64,000 bases of DNA from Macrostomum lignano (Eukaryota). This document shows, one piece after another, positions 1-13,000 of the stretch. The notes beneath the pieces were generated by a model. That model had not been told where the DNA came from. It saw nothing but the letters and a program-made list of their open reading frames with translations, and did not search any database. The stretch spans positions 1-64,000 of the forward strand of contig NIVC01001615.1 of the NCBI GenBank assembly GCA_002269645.1, written 5' to 3'. Every line of letters starts with the position of its first letter. Within the stretch, counting starts at the first letter, position 1. Made by a program: the position numbers and the translations under genes.

Positions 1-549
1 CCCCATCCCCCCAAACCTCGTGTTTGCGCATCTTGCGATTGGCCAAGTCAATGAGGGAGAATTTTTTGCGGAAAATTCCCAACCCGCTCATCACTATAGC
101 GACCGGGCAAAAGTGCTTGGCTGATAACCGCACCCCCTCGCCGGCGTCTGCAAGCTCTTGATCTCCCCGTTAATCCCGGCAGTAATTGCGTTGCTTTTGG
201 CGCGGCCGATTCACTATGAGACTGAGAATCATCGGCAGACACGAGTGGGTCTCACGCATGTACAGCACAGACTGCGCATGGTTTTGTCAGACACTGCGGG
301 ATTTAATGCTGGCATCAGCTGTCTGGACGGCTTTCGATAGGGTACACAATATACATGTAGTGTTGGAGAATTGGGCAGACCGTTTCTCTCGAATTTTAAT
401 CTGCTTTGGATTTGACTGCAATATCCTTACCCGATGCTTAGAGGTCCTCAGTTCTGCTTGATCCGTCCCGCATCGTCTCAGTCCTCTATTGAAAGATAGA
501 GATAGAGAGAGATAGAGATAGAGATAGAGAGATAGAGAGAAGATGGAGA

Positions 550-1750
550 GATCTGATCTCTCTAAAAAGATACTGAAATTCCCGTTCTGATTTCTCTAAA
601 AGATATTGAAATTCCCGTTCTGATCTCTTTAGAAGATATTGAAATTCCCCTTTCTGATCTCCCCAGAAAATCTTGAAATTCCCCTTTCTTATCTCCCCAG
701 AAGATCTTGAAATTCCCCTTTCTGATCTCCCCAGAAGATCTTGAAATTCCCCTTTCTGATCTCCCCAGAAGATATTGAAATTCCCCTTTCTGATCTCCCC
801 AGAAGATCTTGAAATTCCCCTTTCTGATCTCCCCAGAAGATCTTGAAATTCCCCTTTCTGATCTCCCCAGAAAATCTTGAAATTCCCCTTTCTTATCTCC
901 CCAGAAGATATTGAAATTCCCCTTTCTTATCTCCCCAGAAGATCTTGAAATTCCCCTTTCTTATCTCCCCAGAAGATCTTGAAATTCCCCTTTCTGATCT
1001 CCCCAGAAGATCTTGAAATTCCCGTTCTGATCTCCCCAGAAGATCTTGAAATTCCCCTTTCTGATCTCCCCAGAAAATCTTGAAATTCCCCTTTCTTATC
1101 TCCCAGAAGATCTTGAAATTCCCCTTTCTGATCTCCCCAGAAGATATTGAAATTCCCCTTTCTGATCTCCCAGAAGATCTTGAAATTCCCCTTTCTGATC
1201 TCCCCAGAAGATCTTGAAATTCCCCTTTCTGATCTCCCCAGAAGATCTTGAAATTCCCCTTTCTGATCTCCCCAGAAGATCTTGAAATTCCCCTTTCTGA
1301 TCTCCCCAGAAGATCTTGAAATTCCCCTTTCTGATCTCTCCAGAAGATATTGAAATTCCCCTTTCTGATCTCCCAGAAAATCTTGAAATTCCCCTTTCTG
1401 ATCTCCCCAGAAAATCTTGAAATTCCCTTTCTGATCTCTCCAGAAGATATTGAAATTCCCCTTTCTGATCTCTCCAGAAGATATTGAAATTCCCCTTCTG
1501 ATCTCTCCAGAAGATATTGAAATTCCCCTTTCTGATCTCTCCAGAAGATATTGAAATTCCCCTTTCTGATCTCTCCAGAAGATATTGAAATTCCCCTTCT
1601 GATATCCAGAAGATATTGAAATTCCCCTTCTAATCTCCTCAGAAGATAATGAAATCCCTTTTTTGATCTCATTAGAAGATAATGAAATTCCCCTTTGGAT
1701 ATCCCAGAAGATATTGAAATTCCCCTTCTGATCTTCTCTCAGCTAGTGAA
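550..1750. repeat. 34-bp minisatellite (GAAATTCCCCTTTCTGATCTCCCCAGAAGATCTT)n, preceded by a (GATAGA)n tract at ~494-545
   Basis: Unit read directly: TCTGAT recurs at 721 and 755. It lies in the intron after the GPCR exon. ORF 893..1672 is its translation. Confidence 0.95.
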
Positions 1751-1808
1751 TTCCCCTCTGATGTGGGCATCTCTGAAATTCGCAGCTCCCAGCGGCCGGG
1801 ATTCGAAC

Positions 1809-2343
1809 CTGCGGTATCTTGAAGTGCTTCATAAAAGACGCGATCGCCACAGAGACGTCGCTCTCGGGCGCCCAGAACCCCGATGATCTTCATCAGCTCA
1901 GTGAGGCTGCCGCTGATGGCCGGCTCGCTGCCGTCAGAGCAGCGGATCATACCCTGCCCAATGAAGCTGCTGATCAGCACGTTGGTGAAGTTCAAGGACT
2001 GCGACAGGGCAAAATCCACGTCCTGGCAGGTGTCCATGGCCAGCACGCCGAGAGTCAGGTTGCCTAGCAACCGGTCCTCCTTCAGCTTGTTCAACGTGAA
2101 CAGCGTCGCCTCGAACGCCTGGACGCCTTCAAACGGGTTGACGCGGGCGCAGCGGTGCGCGGTGCTGTTGGCCAGCAGGTTGCCGTAGTGCATGGGGTAC
2201 AGCGCCCCGATGATCAGATCGCCCGGCGTCCCGGCGGAACCGAGCGGCGCGGTTGCTATGGAAACGCCAGTTCCGTCAGCCGCGGTAGAATACGGCCAGA
2301 ACATGCATGTACATGCGAATATAAACTGAATCAGCGCTGACAT
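1809..2343 (-). CDS. Class C GPCR (metabotropic glutamate receptor-like), first coding exon: signal peptide plus start of Venus flytrap domain; 1-nt frameshift near 1866-1870
   Basis: ATG at 2343 gives MSALIQFIFACTCMFWPYSTAADG (signal-like). Motifs GDLIIGALYPMH, GVQAFEATLF, LGNLTLGVLAMDTC, ALSQSLNF and IIGVLGA follow. After a frame change it reads ESDVSVAIASFMKHFKIPQ, matching mGluR SxxVSIQVANLLRLFxIPQ. Putative GT donor at 1808. Confidence 0.8.
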
Positions 2344-2739
2344 TGGCTGTCGTAGCGTTTTGGAACTGTTTAATTGTAGTCTGGACTCGAAATTGTCTGT
2401 CGTCTGTAGCAAACTCAGTTCGAAATTGAGACTCGAATTAGCGAGGGTCAGTAGCTCTCCCTAGCTGTGCAGTCAGCTATATACTCTGCTGTACACTCGA
2501 GCTCTTATCTTTCCAATGCGGCCCGGGCTTAAGCAGCATTGGCTGAGAGGCAATGCGAGTTAAAGAGAGACGGGAAAGTCCATTGACAGAGGGACCGGGC
2601 AGCCACAGATATCTGTTAGCATTATGTAGCAATTTTTGATCAGCTCGAAAAGAACATGAATTGCTACGATTAATTAAAACAATCTCAGCTAGAGTCGCTG
2701 CGCATTTTCTGGTGCAGTTTTGCTTAACAGCATGCTTAA

Positions 2740-5120
2740 TTAGTACAGCATTTTGAGCGCCGACGTCGGAGTTGAGCGCCGACGCGAGCGAAACCGGCGA
2801 GGCCGGCAACGTGGCGCCGCGCGCCGAGCTGCTGCCATGCGAGTCCATCTGGGTCTTCCGGGTGGCGCCGGAGACCATGAGGCTCACCACTACCGAGCCC
2901 CAGCTGTACCACAGGGCACACTCCGAGTCGGGACGCTGAACTGCCGCACTCTCAAGGCCGCCTGGCGGAGAGGGTTGCTGGCGAAGTTAGCGCTCGACCT
3001 CAGCTGTGATGTCATTGCACTTCAGGAGGTGTCTATCAGAGCCGAGCCTGGACTTCACTGTGAGGACCTGGGCTCCGGTTGGACACTCTGGTACACCTCA
3101 GCGGATCAACGAGGCCGTGGAGGAGTTGGAGCACTGATCGGCCGAGACTGCAGCAGAGCTATCGCTGCTCTTCCTTGTCCCCCCCGGATGCTTCAGGTGC
3201 CGAGTACGCGGATGTGAGCGCCGCAGTACGAGCCGCCGCGGAACAACCGGTCCCGTTGATGCGACCGGCCCAGCGTGGGCAGCCGGTCTGGCAGGACGAC
3301 CCCGCGATTCAGCAAGCGAGGGAAGATCTGGAGAGGCTCCGTCTGAGCAGGCGACCTACTCGCGAGGCGGAGGAGGCTCTGGCGACTGTCTATCTGCAGC
3401 GGCAGCAGGCCGCAGTTGATGAAGTTGTCCAGGCCGTCTCTGCCGCTGGACCTGACGCCAGAGGGCGCGTGCCTGGTCCGCCATTAATGCTCTGACAGGG
3501 CGGAAGCGGCGCATCCAACTGAACCTGGCAGGCGACACTGCGGATGAGCGCAGGAACGAGCTGCGCGAGTTCTTCGCCGCCATCGTCAACGTACCGCCAC
3601 CCCGCTGCCCAACATCCTGACGCTGCCCCCAAAGACGCCGTAGCCGTCAGAGGACAGTTTTAACGTTGCACCAGTCACCATGGCTGAAGTCGTAATGCTC
3701 GCCCAGAAGACGCCGGGCAGCAAGGCGTTGGGTCCGGACGAGGTGCCCATCGAGGCGCTGCGCATCCACTGTGTGGCCAGTGAGGTCGCCCGTGTGATGA
3801 ACCGCGTGCTCTCCGGTGAAATGGCACCCACCGAGTGGACCATGGCGCACATCATCGCCATTCCAGAAAAGCCGGGCACTACACGGCTAGACGAGCACCG
3901 AGGCATCTGCCTGCAATCCTGTGCTGCGAGGTTGTTCAACGGGATGCTGCTATCGCGGTTGCAACCCGTGCTGGATCCTTACCTGCGACCTGAGCAGAAC
4001 GGATTTCGGCCCCACCGTGGCACAGTGCCGCAGATCCTAGCTTTTCGCCGAATCATCGAGGAGGCGCGCGCGCGCCAGTTGGATCTGATTGTTGTCTTCA
4101 TTGACTTCATGAAGGCATTCGACTCGGTTGCGAAGGCAGCGCTCCCACATGTGCTCCGTGCGTATCATGTACCAGAACAGCTACGTGAGCAGCTGTGATG
4201 ACGCCGGACTGCCTGTCGGACTCCTTAGAGACATCCTCCGGGGTGCTCCAGGGGGACACTCTAGCGTCGTTCCTGTTCGTCCTGGTGCTTGACTGGGTGC
4301 TACGAACTGCTCTTCCTACCGACGAAGACGGCTTCGACGCGTGGGTCGACGTCAACCGGAGAAGCGGCTCAGCGTGCTTGGCTACGCCGATGACCTCGCC
4401 CTGCTGTCCTCGACCGTAGAGGACGCCCAGCGCCAGCTGGACAAGCTGGTTAGCGCTGCAGCGAGCGTCGGCCTGGTGAACACGAAGAAGACCGTTGTGG
4501 TCTGCGTGCCGGGCGACATCGAGGCCGCAATTTTCTGCCGAGGCGCTGGCGGGCAGGTAACGGAGCTTCCGCGCTGTCAGCAGTTTGTCTACCTTGGCGG
4601 TCTGGTACCTGACGTCCGCAAGATCTGCGGCGTCGCGCGGGCTCGCTTGGGCTGCCTTTCGCTCTGTGAGGGCGGTCCTGCAGTCCGAGGCCCTACCTGA
4701 CCGCCAGAGGGCGGCGCTGTTCCAGGCGGTGGTCGAGACCGTCCTGTTGTACAACGCCGAGACCTGGAGGCTGACGGATTCGCTCGAACAGCAAGTCAAT
4801 GCGGCGCACGCTCGCCTGCTGCGCGCCGCCTTTAAGATCAGCGACGAGCGGATCACTAACGCGGCAGTCTATCGCCGCGCCGGCCTGGCCCGTCCAAGTG
4901 AACTGCTGCGACTTCGGCGACATCATCCGCGCCGAGTCCTACCATGCCCCAGCCGGTGCAGGAGGTGCTGCTGCTAACGCTGCAGGCACCCTACCGGCGC
5001 GGCCAGGCCCGAACTCGGCGTTTCGTCGACTGCCTGCTGGCTGACGCTGGCGCCCCGGACTCTGCCGGCGGTGCGGCCTTTGTTCGCGCCCAGGCTCTGA
5101 AGCGTGCCCTGTGACGCTGG
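2740..5120 (+). mobile_element. Degraded non-LTR retrotransposon (RTE-like LINE): APE endonuclease plus reverse transcriptase fragments
   Basis: Endonuclease motifs LRVGTLNCRTL, DVIALQEV and GRGGVGALI (2930-3150). RT motifs GPDEVP, HRGICL, EQNGFRPHRG, FIDFMKAFDSV, GVLQGDTLASFLF and GYADDL. C-terminal VETVLLYNAETW. Split over several frames. Ends are approximate. Confidence 0.9.
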
Positions 5121-5210
5121 TTTTTTCCACCTGACAGCGTACTTTGTTGTTAATTAGTAGATTCGTTGCTTTAGGCATGGGGAAGCCCTGCAGGGTCATG
5201 CGCTTCAGTA

Positions 5211-6505
5211 CGAGGGGCGTACTGAAAGTTTTGAGATACGGCTGACTCATAAGTCAGAACTGCACGAATTTTTACATGCATACTCTACCACCTTTAAGAG
5301 GATTGAGTATTAATTTTCAGCCTTTGCGGTCTTGTCAATTTTTCACAATCTCTCTTTAAAGTCAATACCCCCTACCAAACTGTATTTGCTCCAATGGAGT
5401 TGGCAAACCGCGACTTTCATGCTATGATGGTTTATAGTCAGTGAAAAGGTCTTGCGTAGGAGCAGTGCGTTGAAAGTTTACATGCTGCCTTTGGAGACCA
5501 AGCCCCTTTACGTGCCACAGTTATTTGGTGGTACAGCGAATTTAAGTGGGGCCAAAGCCGCCTTGATGATGAACCCCAGACGGGACGTCCAGCTTCCGCT
5601 GTCACGGACGAAAAAATCGCTGCTGTCCGGAGAATGATTGACGAGGACCGGCGAGTGACCTGTGAGAAGATGAGAGAGGCTCTCGGCATTGGATCGGCAG
5701 CGGTTACGACCATCCTGCACTCAAGCTGGGAGCCTCCAAGCGATGTGCCCGCTGGGTGCCCCACAACCTGGAGGAGGACCAGAATGCGGAGAGGGTGCGT
5801 TGGTGCGAGTTCCTACTCGAAAGATTCGATTCTGGGACCTTGAAGTGATGCTGGGAGATCATCAGTGGCGATGAGACCTGGGTCTGCCAGTGCGACCCGG
5901 AAACCAAGCAGCAGTCGGCAGTTTGGCTCCTCCCGGACGATGCCACCCCAACGAAGGTCAAGCGTCGGGAAGCAGATGGTGGCGGCTTTCTTCAGCCAGG
6001 CCGGCCACCTGGCGACTGTAGCGTTCCAAAACAGGTGGCCAGTCAATGCCGACTGATATACCAACCAGTGCCTGCCGCTCGTGTTCGATGCGTGGCGCAG
6101 ACGCCGGCCGCGCACCGGACTTTGTGGCCTGCTGCTGCACCACGACAACGTCAGTGCGCACGCGCCTGCTGCATCTTTGGCAATTCTGGCCGAGAATGGA
6201 GCTTAGTTGGTGACGTATCCCACATATTCCCTGCCCTGGCACCCTGCCACTTCTTTCTCTTCCCTTTGGAGAAGAACCAACTGCGTGGGACTCAGTTTGA
6301 GAGTCCTGAAGCAGCAAGAATCGAGTTCGAGTGGGTGGTTTCAGCAGTGCCAGAAGAACAGTGGGCTGGAGCCTGAACGCAGTGGTTTCACCGGATAAGG
6401 AAATGCGTGCAAGATGTTGACAACTACTTTGAAAAATTGTGACAGAAATTTTGGTTCAGATATTTGTGGTTTCGGCGTATCTCAAAACTTTCAGTACGCC
6501 CCTCG
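5211..6505 (+). mobile_element. Mariner (Tc1/mariner) DNA transposon, full length (1295 bp), with a decayed transposase
   Basis: Perfect 30-bp TIRs: CGAGGGGCGTACTGAAAGTTTTGAGATACG (5211-5240) and its reverse complement (6476-6505). TA at 5209-10 and 6506-07. Motifs RWVPHNL, SGDETW, LLHHDN and LAPCHFFLF, with stops and frameshifts. Confidence 0.95.
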
Positions 6506-6569
6506 TATAAGAGCTATTTCTTGCAGCTCTCCATGTTTCCCTGTGGCTCACAGACACTTGCCAGCCCTG

Positions 6570-6930
6570 CTGCCTCTCAGCTTCAGGCTGTCTGCATCCC
6601 GATCAGCTTCAAGTTCTCTGTCTCAGCTTCAGGTTGCCTCCGTCTGAACTTCAGGTGACCTCTATCTGAACTTCAGGTTGCCTGTCTCAGCTTCAGGTTG
6701 CCTGTATCTCAGCTTCAGGTTGCCTCTGTCTCAGCTTCAGGTTGCCTGTATCTCAGCTTCAGATTGCCTCTGTCTGAGCTTCAGGTTGCCTCTGTCTCAG
6801 CTTCAGGTTGCCTCTGTCTGAGCTTCAGGTTGCCTCTGTCTCAGCTTCAGGTTGCCTCTGTTTCAGCTTCAGTCTCTCTACATCTCAGCTTCAGGTTGCC
6901 TCTGTCTGAGCTTCAGGTTGCCTGTATCTC
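6570..6930. repeat. 22-bp minisatellite (TCTCAGCTTCAGGTTGCCTCTG)n
   Basis: Unit read directly. ORF 6698..6949 is its translation. Confidence 0.9.
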
Positions 6931-7396
6931 ATTTTCAGTGCCCCTGTAGCATGGTTTAGCACAGCTACACTCGCTGACTGGCATATTAATTTCACACACA
7001 TGCAATTGTACTTGTAGACAGGCGCCCTGCATACCAGAGGCGTACCTGCATGTATTCAGCGATAAAATAATGATAACTGCAAAATCGAAGCCAACTAATT
7101 TTTATGGAGAAAACAATTTATATAAATATTTTGACATTATTTCAGTAATTATTTTGCAACTTATTGAGCAGAGCTACTCACAAGTAGTGCATCGTGCAGT
7201 CAAGAAAAAATAGCGGGATTACAGTTTGATATTCTGCAGCAACAAGTCCATCAACATATGAGAAAAACACGGCCGAGCTCGCAGAGCCAATTGTGAATGA
7301 AGTTATGAACAAAGCTTTATGGCCTATTGATTGAATACTGCTGTGCATCTTGTACAGTGCACAGGTCTGGCAGATGCAGTAAGTTGGAAAGACAAG

Positions 7397-7906
<510 letters not shown>

Positions 7907-7919
7907 GGCATTCTCAGGC

Positions 7920-9945
7920 TCATTTGCCGCCAGTCCTGAGCATGCCGTAGAGGCCGCAGCCGGCCAGCTGGGCGCAGAACTCAACCACCTGTCTCTCCAG
8001 CGCCCGGTCCTTCTGGCTGGAGCCGGAGCGCTGCGTGCCGCGGTGCTCCAGAACCAGCGCCAGGTGCAGGCGCGGCTCCGCGTAGCCGATGCAGTAGGAA
8101 CGGCGCAGCTTGTCGTCGGAGAAGAACCGCACGCGGACTTCGCCTGCGGAGGGGCCGCCGCTGCCCCAGTTCTCCGAGGCCACCTGCAGGCAGTCGCGTA
8201 GGCGAGTTGTGAAATTTATTGAAAAATTGACAATCGCTTCGATTTTTTCTAAGAAACCGGAACCGATTGTTTAAATTACCAATAAAGAGTTAGCCAACAG
8301 AACGAGATCATAAATGATTCTAACCCAGTTCTAAGTTATCCCAACTCAGTTCAAAGTTATCCCAACTCAATTCAAAGTTATCCCAACTCAAATCAAAGTT
8401 ATCCCAACTCAATTCAAAGTTATCCCAATTTAACTCAAAGTTATTCCAACTCAGTTCAAAGTTATCCTAACCGAATTCAAAGGTATCCTAACTCAATTCA
8501 AATTCATCTCAACCCAATTCAAAGTTATCCCAACTCAACTCAAAGTTATCCCAACTCAATTCAAATTTATCCCAACTCAATTCAAATTTATCCCAACTCA
8601 ATTCAAAGTTATACCAACTTAACTCAAAGTATCTCAACTCAACTCAAAGTTATCCCAACTCAATTCAAAGTTATCCCAATTTAACTCAAAGTTATCCCAA
8701 CCCGTTCGAATTTATCCCAAACCAGTTCAAAGATATCCCAACTCAGTTCAAAGTTATCCCAACTCAGTTCAAAGTTATCCCAACTCAAACCAATATTATC
8801 CTAACCCAGCCAAACGCATTAAAATCCCCATTAAAAGGCAAACCGCACTCCCGCACCGTCATCAGGATGTTGGTCATGTCCCCTGGCCCGGCTGCCGGTC
8901 CCACAGCAGATGAGGAGGCGGCAGCGCCAGCCGCAGCAGCGGAGGCGGGCGGGGCGGATTCCGCAGGCGGGAAGGCGAAGATGACGGGGTAGCCGTCCTT
9001 GCCGACTGGCCGCTCGCCCATCAGGCCTGGCAGGTAGTAGCCGTGGCCCAGGTACGGCTCCGACTGGGCAGTGGCGTTGAAAATCAGCAGCGAGGCCACG
9101 CAGTCGGTGCGCTTGTGCAGCTGGATCAGCTTCATCAGCAGGTCCTCCGGGTCCTGGCGCTGCTGGGCCATGCGGACCATCTCCTGCTGCTGGCCACTGG
9201 GACTCTGCTGGGCCAGCACGCTGCAGAAGCACAGGGTGTACTTTGACAGCAGGTGGGAATAAAGCCGGTGAAACCAGTGCAGCAGGTTGGGCTGGCCGGC
9301 CTTGTGCAGCTTCTGCGGGTTTTTGCGGAGCGCAGGCGGCTGAACTACTTTAAGTAGCTTAGTATATATATCTTATATTTACTCGTATATGTCAGTCTTT
9401 CTCTGCCTAGCTGCCTTAGTGTCTGTCTGCCTGTCTTAGTGTCCGCCTTAGTCTGTCTGGCTGCCTTAGTGTCTGTCTGCCTGTCTTAGTGTCCGCCTTA
9501 GTGTGTCTGCCTGTCTTAGTGTCCGCCTTAGTGTCTGTCTGCCTGTCTTAGTGTCCTCCTTAGTGTCTGTCTGCCTGTCTTAGTGTCCACCTTAGTGTCT
9601 GTCTGCCTGTCTTAGTGTCCGCCTTAGTGTCTGTCTGCCTGTCTTAGTGTCCGCCTTAGTCTGTCTGGCTGCCTTAGTGTCTGTCTGCCTGTCTTAGTGT
9701 CCGCCTTAGTGTCCACCTTAGTGTCTGTCTGGCTGCCTTAGTGTCTGTCTGCCTGTCTTAGTGTCCTCCTTAGTGTCTGTCTGCCTGTCTTAGTGTCCGC
9801 CGTAGTGTCTGTCTGCCTGTCTTAGTGTCCACCTTAGTGTCTGTCTGCCTGTCTTAGTGTCCACCTTAGTGTCTGTCTGCCTGTCTTAGTGTCCGCCTTA
9901 GTGTCTGTCTGCCTGTCTTAGTGTCCACCTTAGTGTCTGTCTGCC

Positions 9946-9994
<49 letters not shown>

Positions 9995-10037
9995 GAGTGT
10001 CTTTCTGTCTGTCTGTCTGTATATCTGTCGGTCTGTC

Positions 10038-10068
<31 letters not shown>

Positions 10069-13000
10069 GAGTGTCTTTCTGTCTGTCTGTCTGTATATCT
10101 GTCGGTCTGTCTCTGTCTGTCGGTCTGTCTGTCTGTCTGAGTGTCTTTCTGTCTGTCTGTCTGTATATCTGTCGGTCTGTCTCTGTCTGTCTGTCTGTCT
10201 GTCTGTCTGAGTGTCTTTCTGTCTGTCTGTCTGTATATCTGTCGGTCTGTCTCTGTCTGTCGGTCTGTCGGTCTGTCTTAGTGTCTGCCTGTCTCTGTCT
10301 GTCCATCATAGTGTCCGCCTGTCTGCCCTTAAAACTTCCGTATTTTGACTGCGACAGCATTTATGAGTGGTTAAAATTAGTCAAAATTTCAACACACAAG
10401 AACAGAAATGATGAATAATAAAACAAAGGTCACCAAAAATGTGTACGGGACGGATGGAGTCAATCAGATGCAGCAGGTGCGGGGATCTGACGGGCCATAA
10501 ACAAACAATAATTATCGTCAATCATAACTTAATTATAATTAATTATAATGCTTGAAGTCTAGCTTAAAATAAATATCACTCAGTATAGAAATCAATGTAT
10601 TGAAATTTGAAAACTGAAATATCTGCATGCATTCCTGATCGGTAAAAACTATTCAACAGGTAGCGGGACAAAGCTAAAAGCTAATGGCGTAATGCCCGGA
10701 AATAAAACTCAACTCCTCCACCAAATTAAAAAACGCCGCAAGCACTCACAAAGGTTCGCTCCATCTGCAAAATATTTCGAAATTCCAATCAGCTTTACGC
10801 GTGATATGCAGTCTGATTAGCAAGTTTATATACACTTTGGCATTCTTGAAGTGTGGTTACAATTTGCATTCTGCTCTGAACCGATCGGCAGATGCACTTG
10901 GCAGTGCTATGAGACCATTTTGGTAAATAAATTATAGAAATTGTGAGCAACAAAATTATGATTTTTCATCAGGTGCGGTCTGCACTGCAGATGGAAAATT
11001 TATTAACAGAAACTCTGCATCGAAACTATGATTGACATCTTGCGGATTTCGTTGATTTGGTCTGATAATCCAGCATCCTTCATCATTCAATCCGCAACAG
11101 AATCTTTCATCATTCAGTCTGCCCCAGCATCCTTCATCATTCAGTCTGCCCCAGCATCCTTCATCATTCAATCTGTCGCAGCATCCTTCATCATTTAATC
11201 TGCCCCAGCATCCTTCATCATTCATCTGCTACAGCATCCTTCATCACTCAATCTGCGCCAGAATCCTTCATCATTCAGTCTGCCCCAGCATCCTTCATCA
11301 TTCAATCTGCTACAGCATCCTTCATCATTTAATCTGCTACAGCATCCTTCATCACTCAATCTGCGCCAGAATCCTTCATCATTCAGTCTGCCCCAGCATC
11401 CTTCATCATTCAATCTGCTACAGCATCCTTCATCATTTAATCTGCTACAGCATCCTTCATCATTCATCTGCTACAGCATCCTTCATCACTCAATCTGCGC
11501 CAGCATCCTTCATCATTCAATCTGCTACAGCATCCTTCATCATTTAATCTGCTATAGCATCCTTCATCATTCATCTGCTACAGCATCCTTCATCACTCAA
11601 TCTGCGCCAGCATCCTTCATCATGGCCGGACATTGCGTTCTAAGGCCGCATAAAGGATTACAAGGTGCAGTGCGACACTACACAGGAGCGCTGTCTGATG
11701 GTGCAAGTTTGCCAAATTTTAAATTCACAACTTCGTACATTGAGATTTCAAACTGAAAAAAAAATAAATTAACAAAAAAGCTAACGCAAACCTTTGGCTT
11801 GTCCATTATTGTGTCCAGACAATTTTTAACAAAGAACACATCTTGGGCGTGCATTCAATTATGCAATTGCAGGGCAGGTCAGTGTGAATGTGAAAGAAGA
11901 TTTTCTGCATAATGACAAAAGCAAATAATGTTAAATATTAATTGCATTTACTTGTTAACTACAGTTTAGGGAAAAACTAGAGAATTTCCGCAGTGGGAAA
12001 AGGACTCAGTGAGTAGATGAAGAGGACTCAGTGAGGGATGAAAAGGACTCAGTGAGTGGATGAAGGGGCCTCAGTGAGTGTGATGAAGGTGACTCAGTGG
12101 GGGATGAAGGTGACTCAGTGAGTGAATGAAGGTGACTCAGTGGGGGATGAAGGTGACTCAGTGAGTTGATGAAGGTGACTCAGTGAGTTGATGAAGGTGA
12201 CTCAGTGAGTGTGATGAAGGTGACTCTGTGGGGGATGAAGGTGACTCAGTGAGTGGATGAAGGTGACTCAGTGAGTGGATGAGGTAATTCAGTGAGTTGA
12301 TGAAGGTGACTCAGTGAGTTGATGAAGGTTACTCAGTGAGTTGATGAAGGTGACTCAGTGAGTGGATGAGGTAATTCAGTGAGTTGATGAAGGTGACTCA
12401 GTGAGTTGATGAAGGTTACTCAGTGAGTTGATGAAGGTGACTCAGTGAGTTGATGAAGGTGACTCAGTGAGTGGATGAGGTAACTCAGTGAGTGGTGACA
12501 GGGGCTCATAGACTGGAGCTTCATGGAAAGGAAGCAGACTGAAGACAGTCTTCTCTAACTGCATTCTATTTAATTCGCCAGAAAACCAAACAAGGTAAGA
12601 ACAACACACAGTGAGCAGGCAGTGACGACAGCAAATCTACTTAGCGGTTAAAGCGACAAACTGAAGGGTAAGGCAAACATTTGAAAGGAATTAAACTAGC
12701 TTAAGGACACAATCTAGCTAGAATAAGTGAAAACAAATAGCACTACAAATCTAGTGTTAAAAAGTTTCAAGAGTCAAGAGTCGGTGCTAACAAATAATTA
12801 TTCTCACCTGAGACTCCGCCTCAGTGGGAGTCTGATGGGACAAAACCATAAAATTATCGAGAGATAAAATAATAGTCGGGAAGTCAATAACCATATCTGG
12901 ATTATTTCAAATGCAAACAATAAAGCAAGAGTTCTGAACTCACGTATTTAGCGGCCTGGTCCTGCCACACCACCAGCCTATTGCTGACCTCGTGCAGGCT

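Noticed and set aside
1-480. Possible downstream exons of the mGluR-like gene (weak ..ASI..NPAVSDKT resemblance)
   Set aside because: It needs several frameshifts, and the similarity is too weak to support by eye.
893-1672. 259-aa ORF and similar repeat-derived ORFs (7178-7984, 13116-13699, 19596-20615, 21898-22657, 28026-28748, 29649-30323, 30952-31383, 58766-59467, 60796-61368)
   Set aside because: Each is a periodic translation of a mini- or microsatellite, with no domain signal.
7178-7395. Hydrophobic tail of ORF 7178..7984
   Set aside because: It lies just downstream of the KICS2 stop on the same strand (likely 3' UTR), and the frame is open only because of the CAGA repeat.
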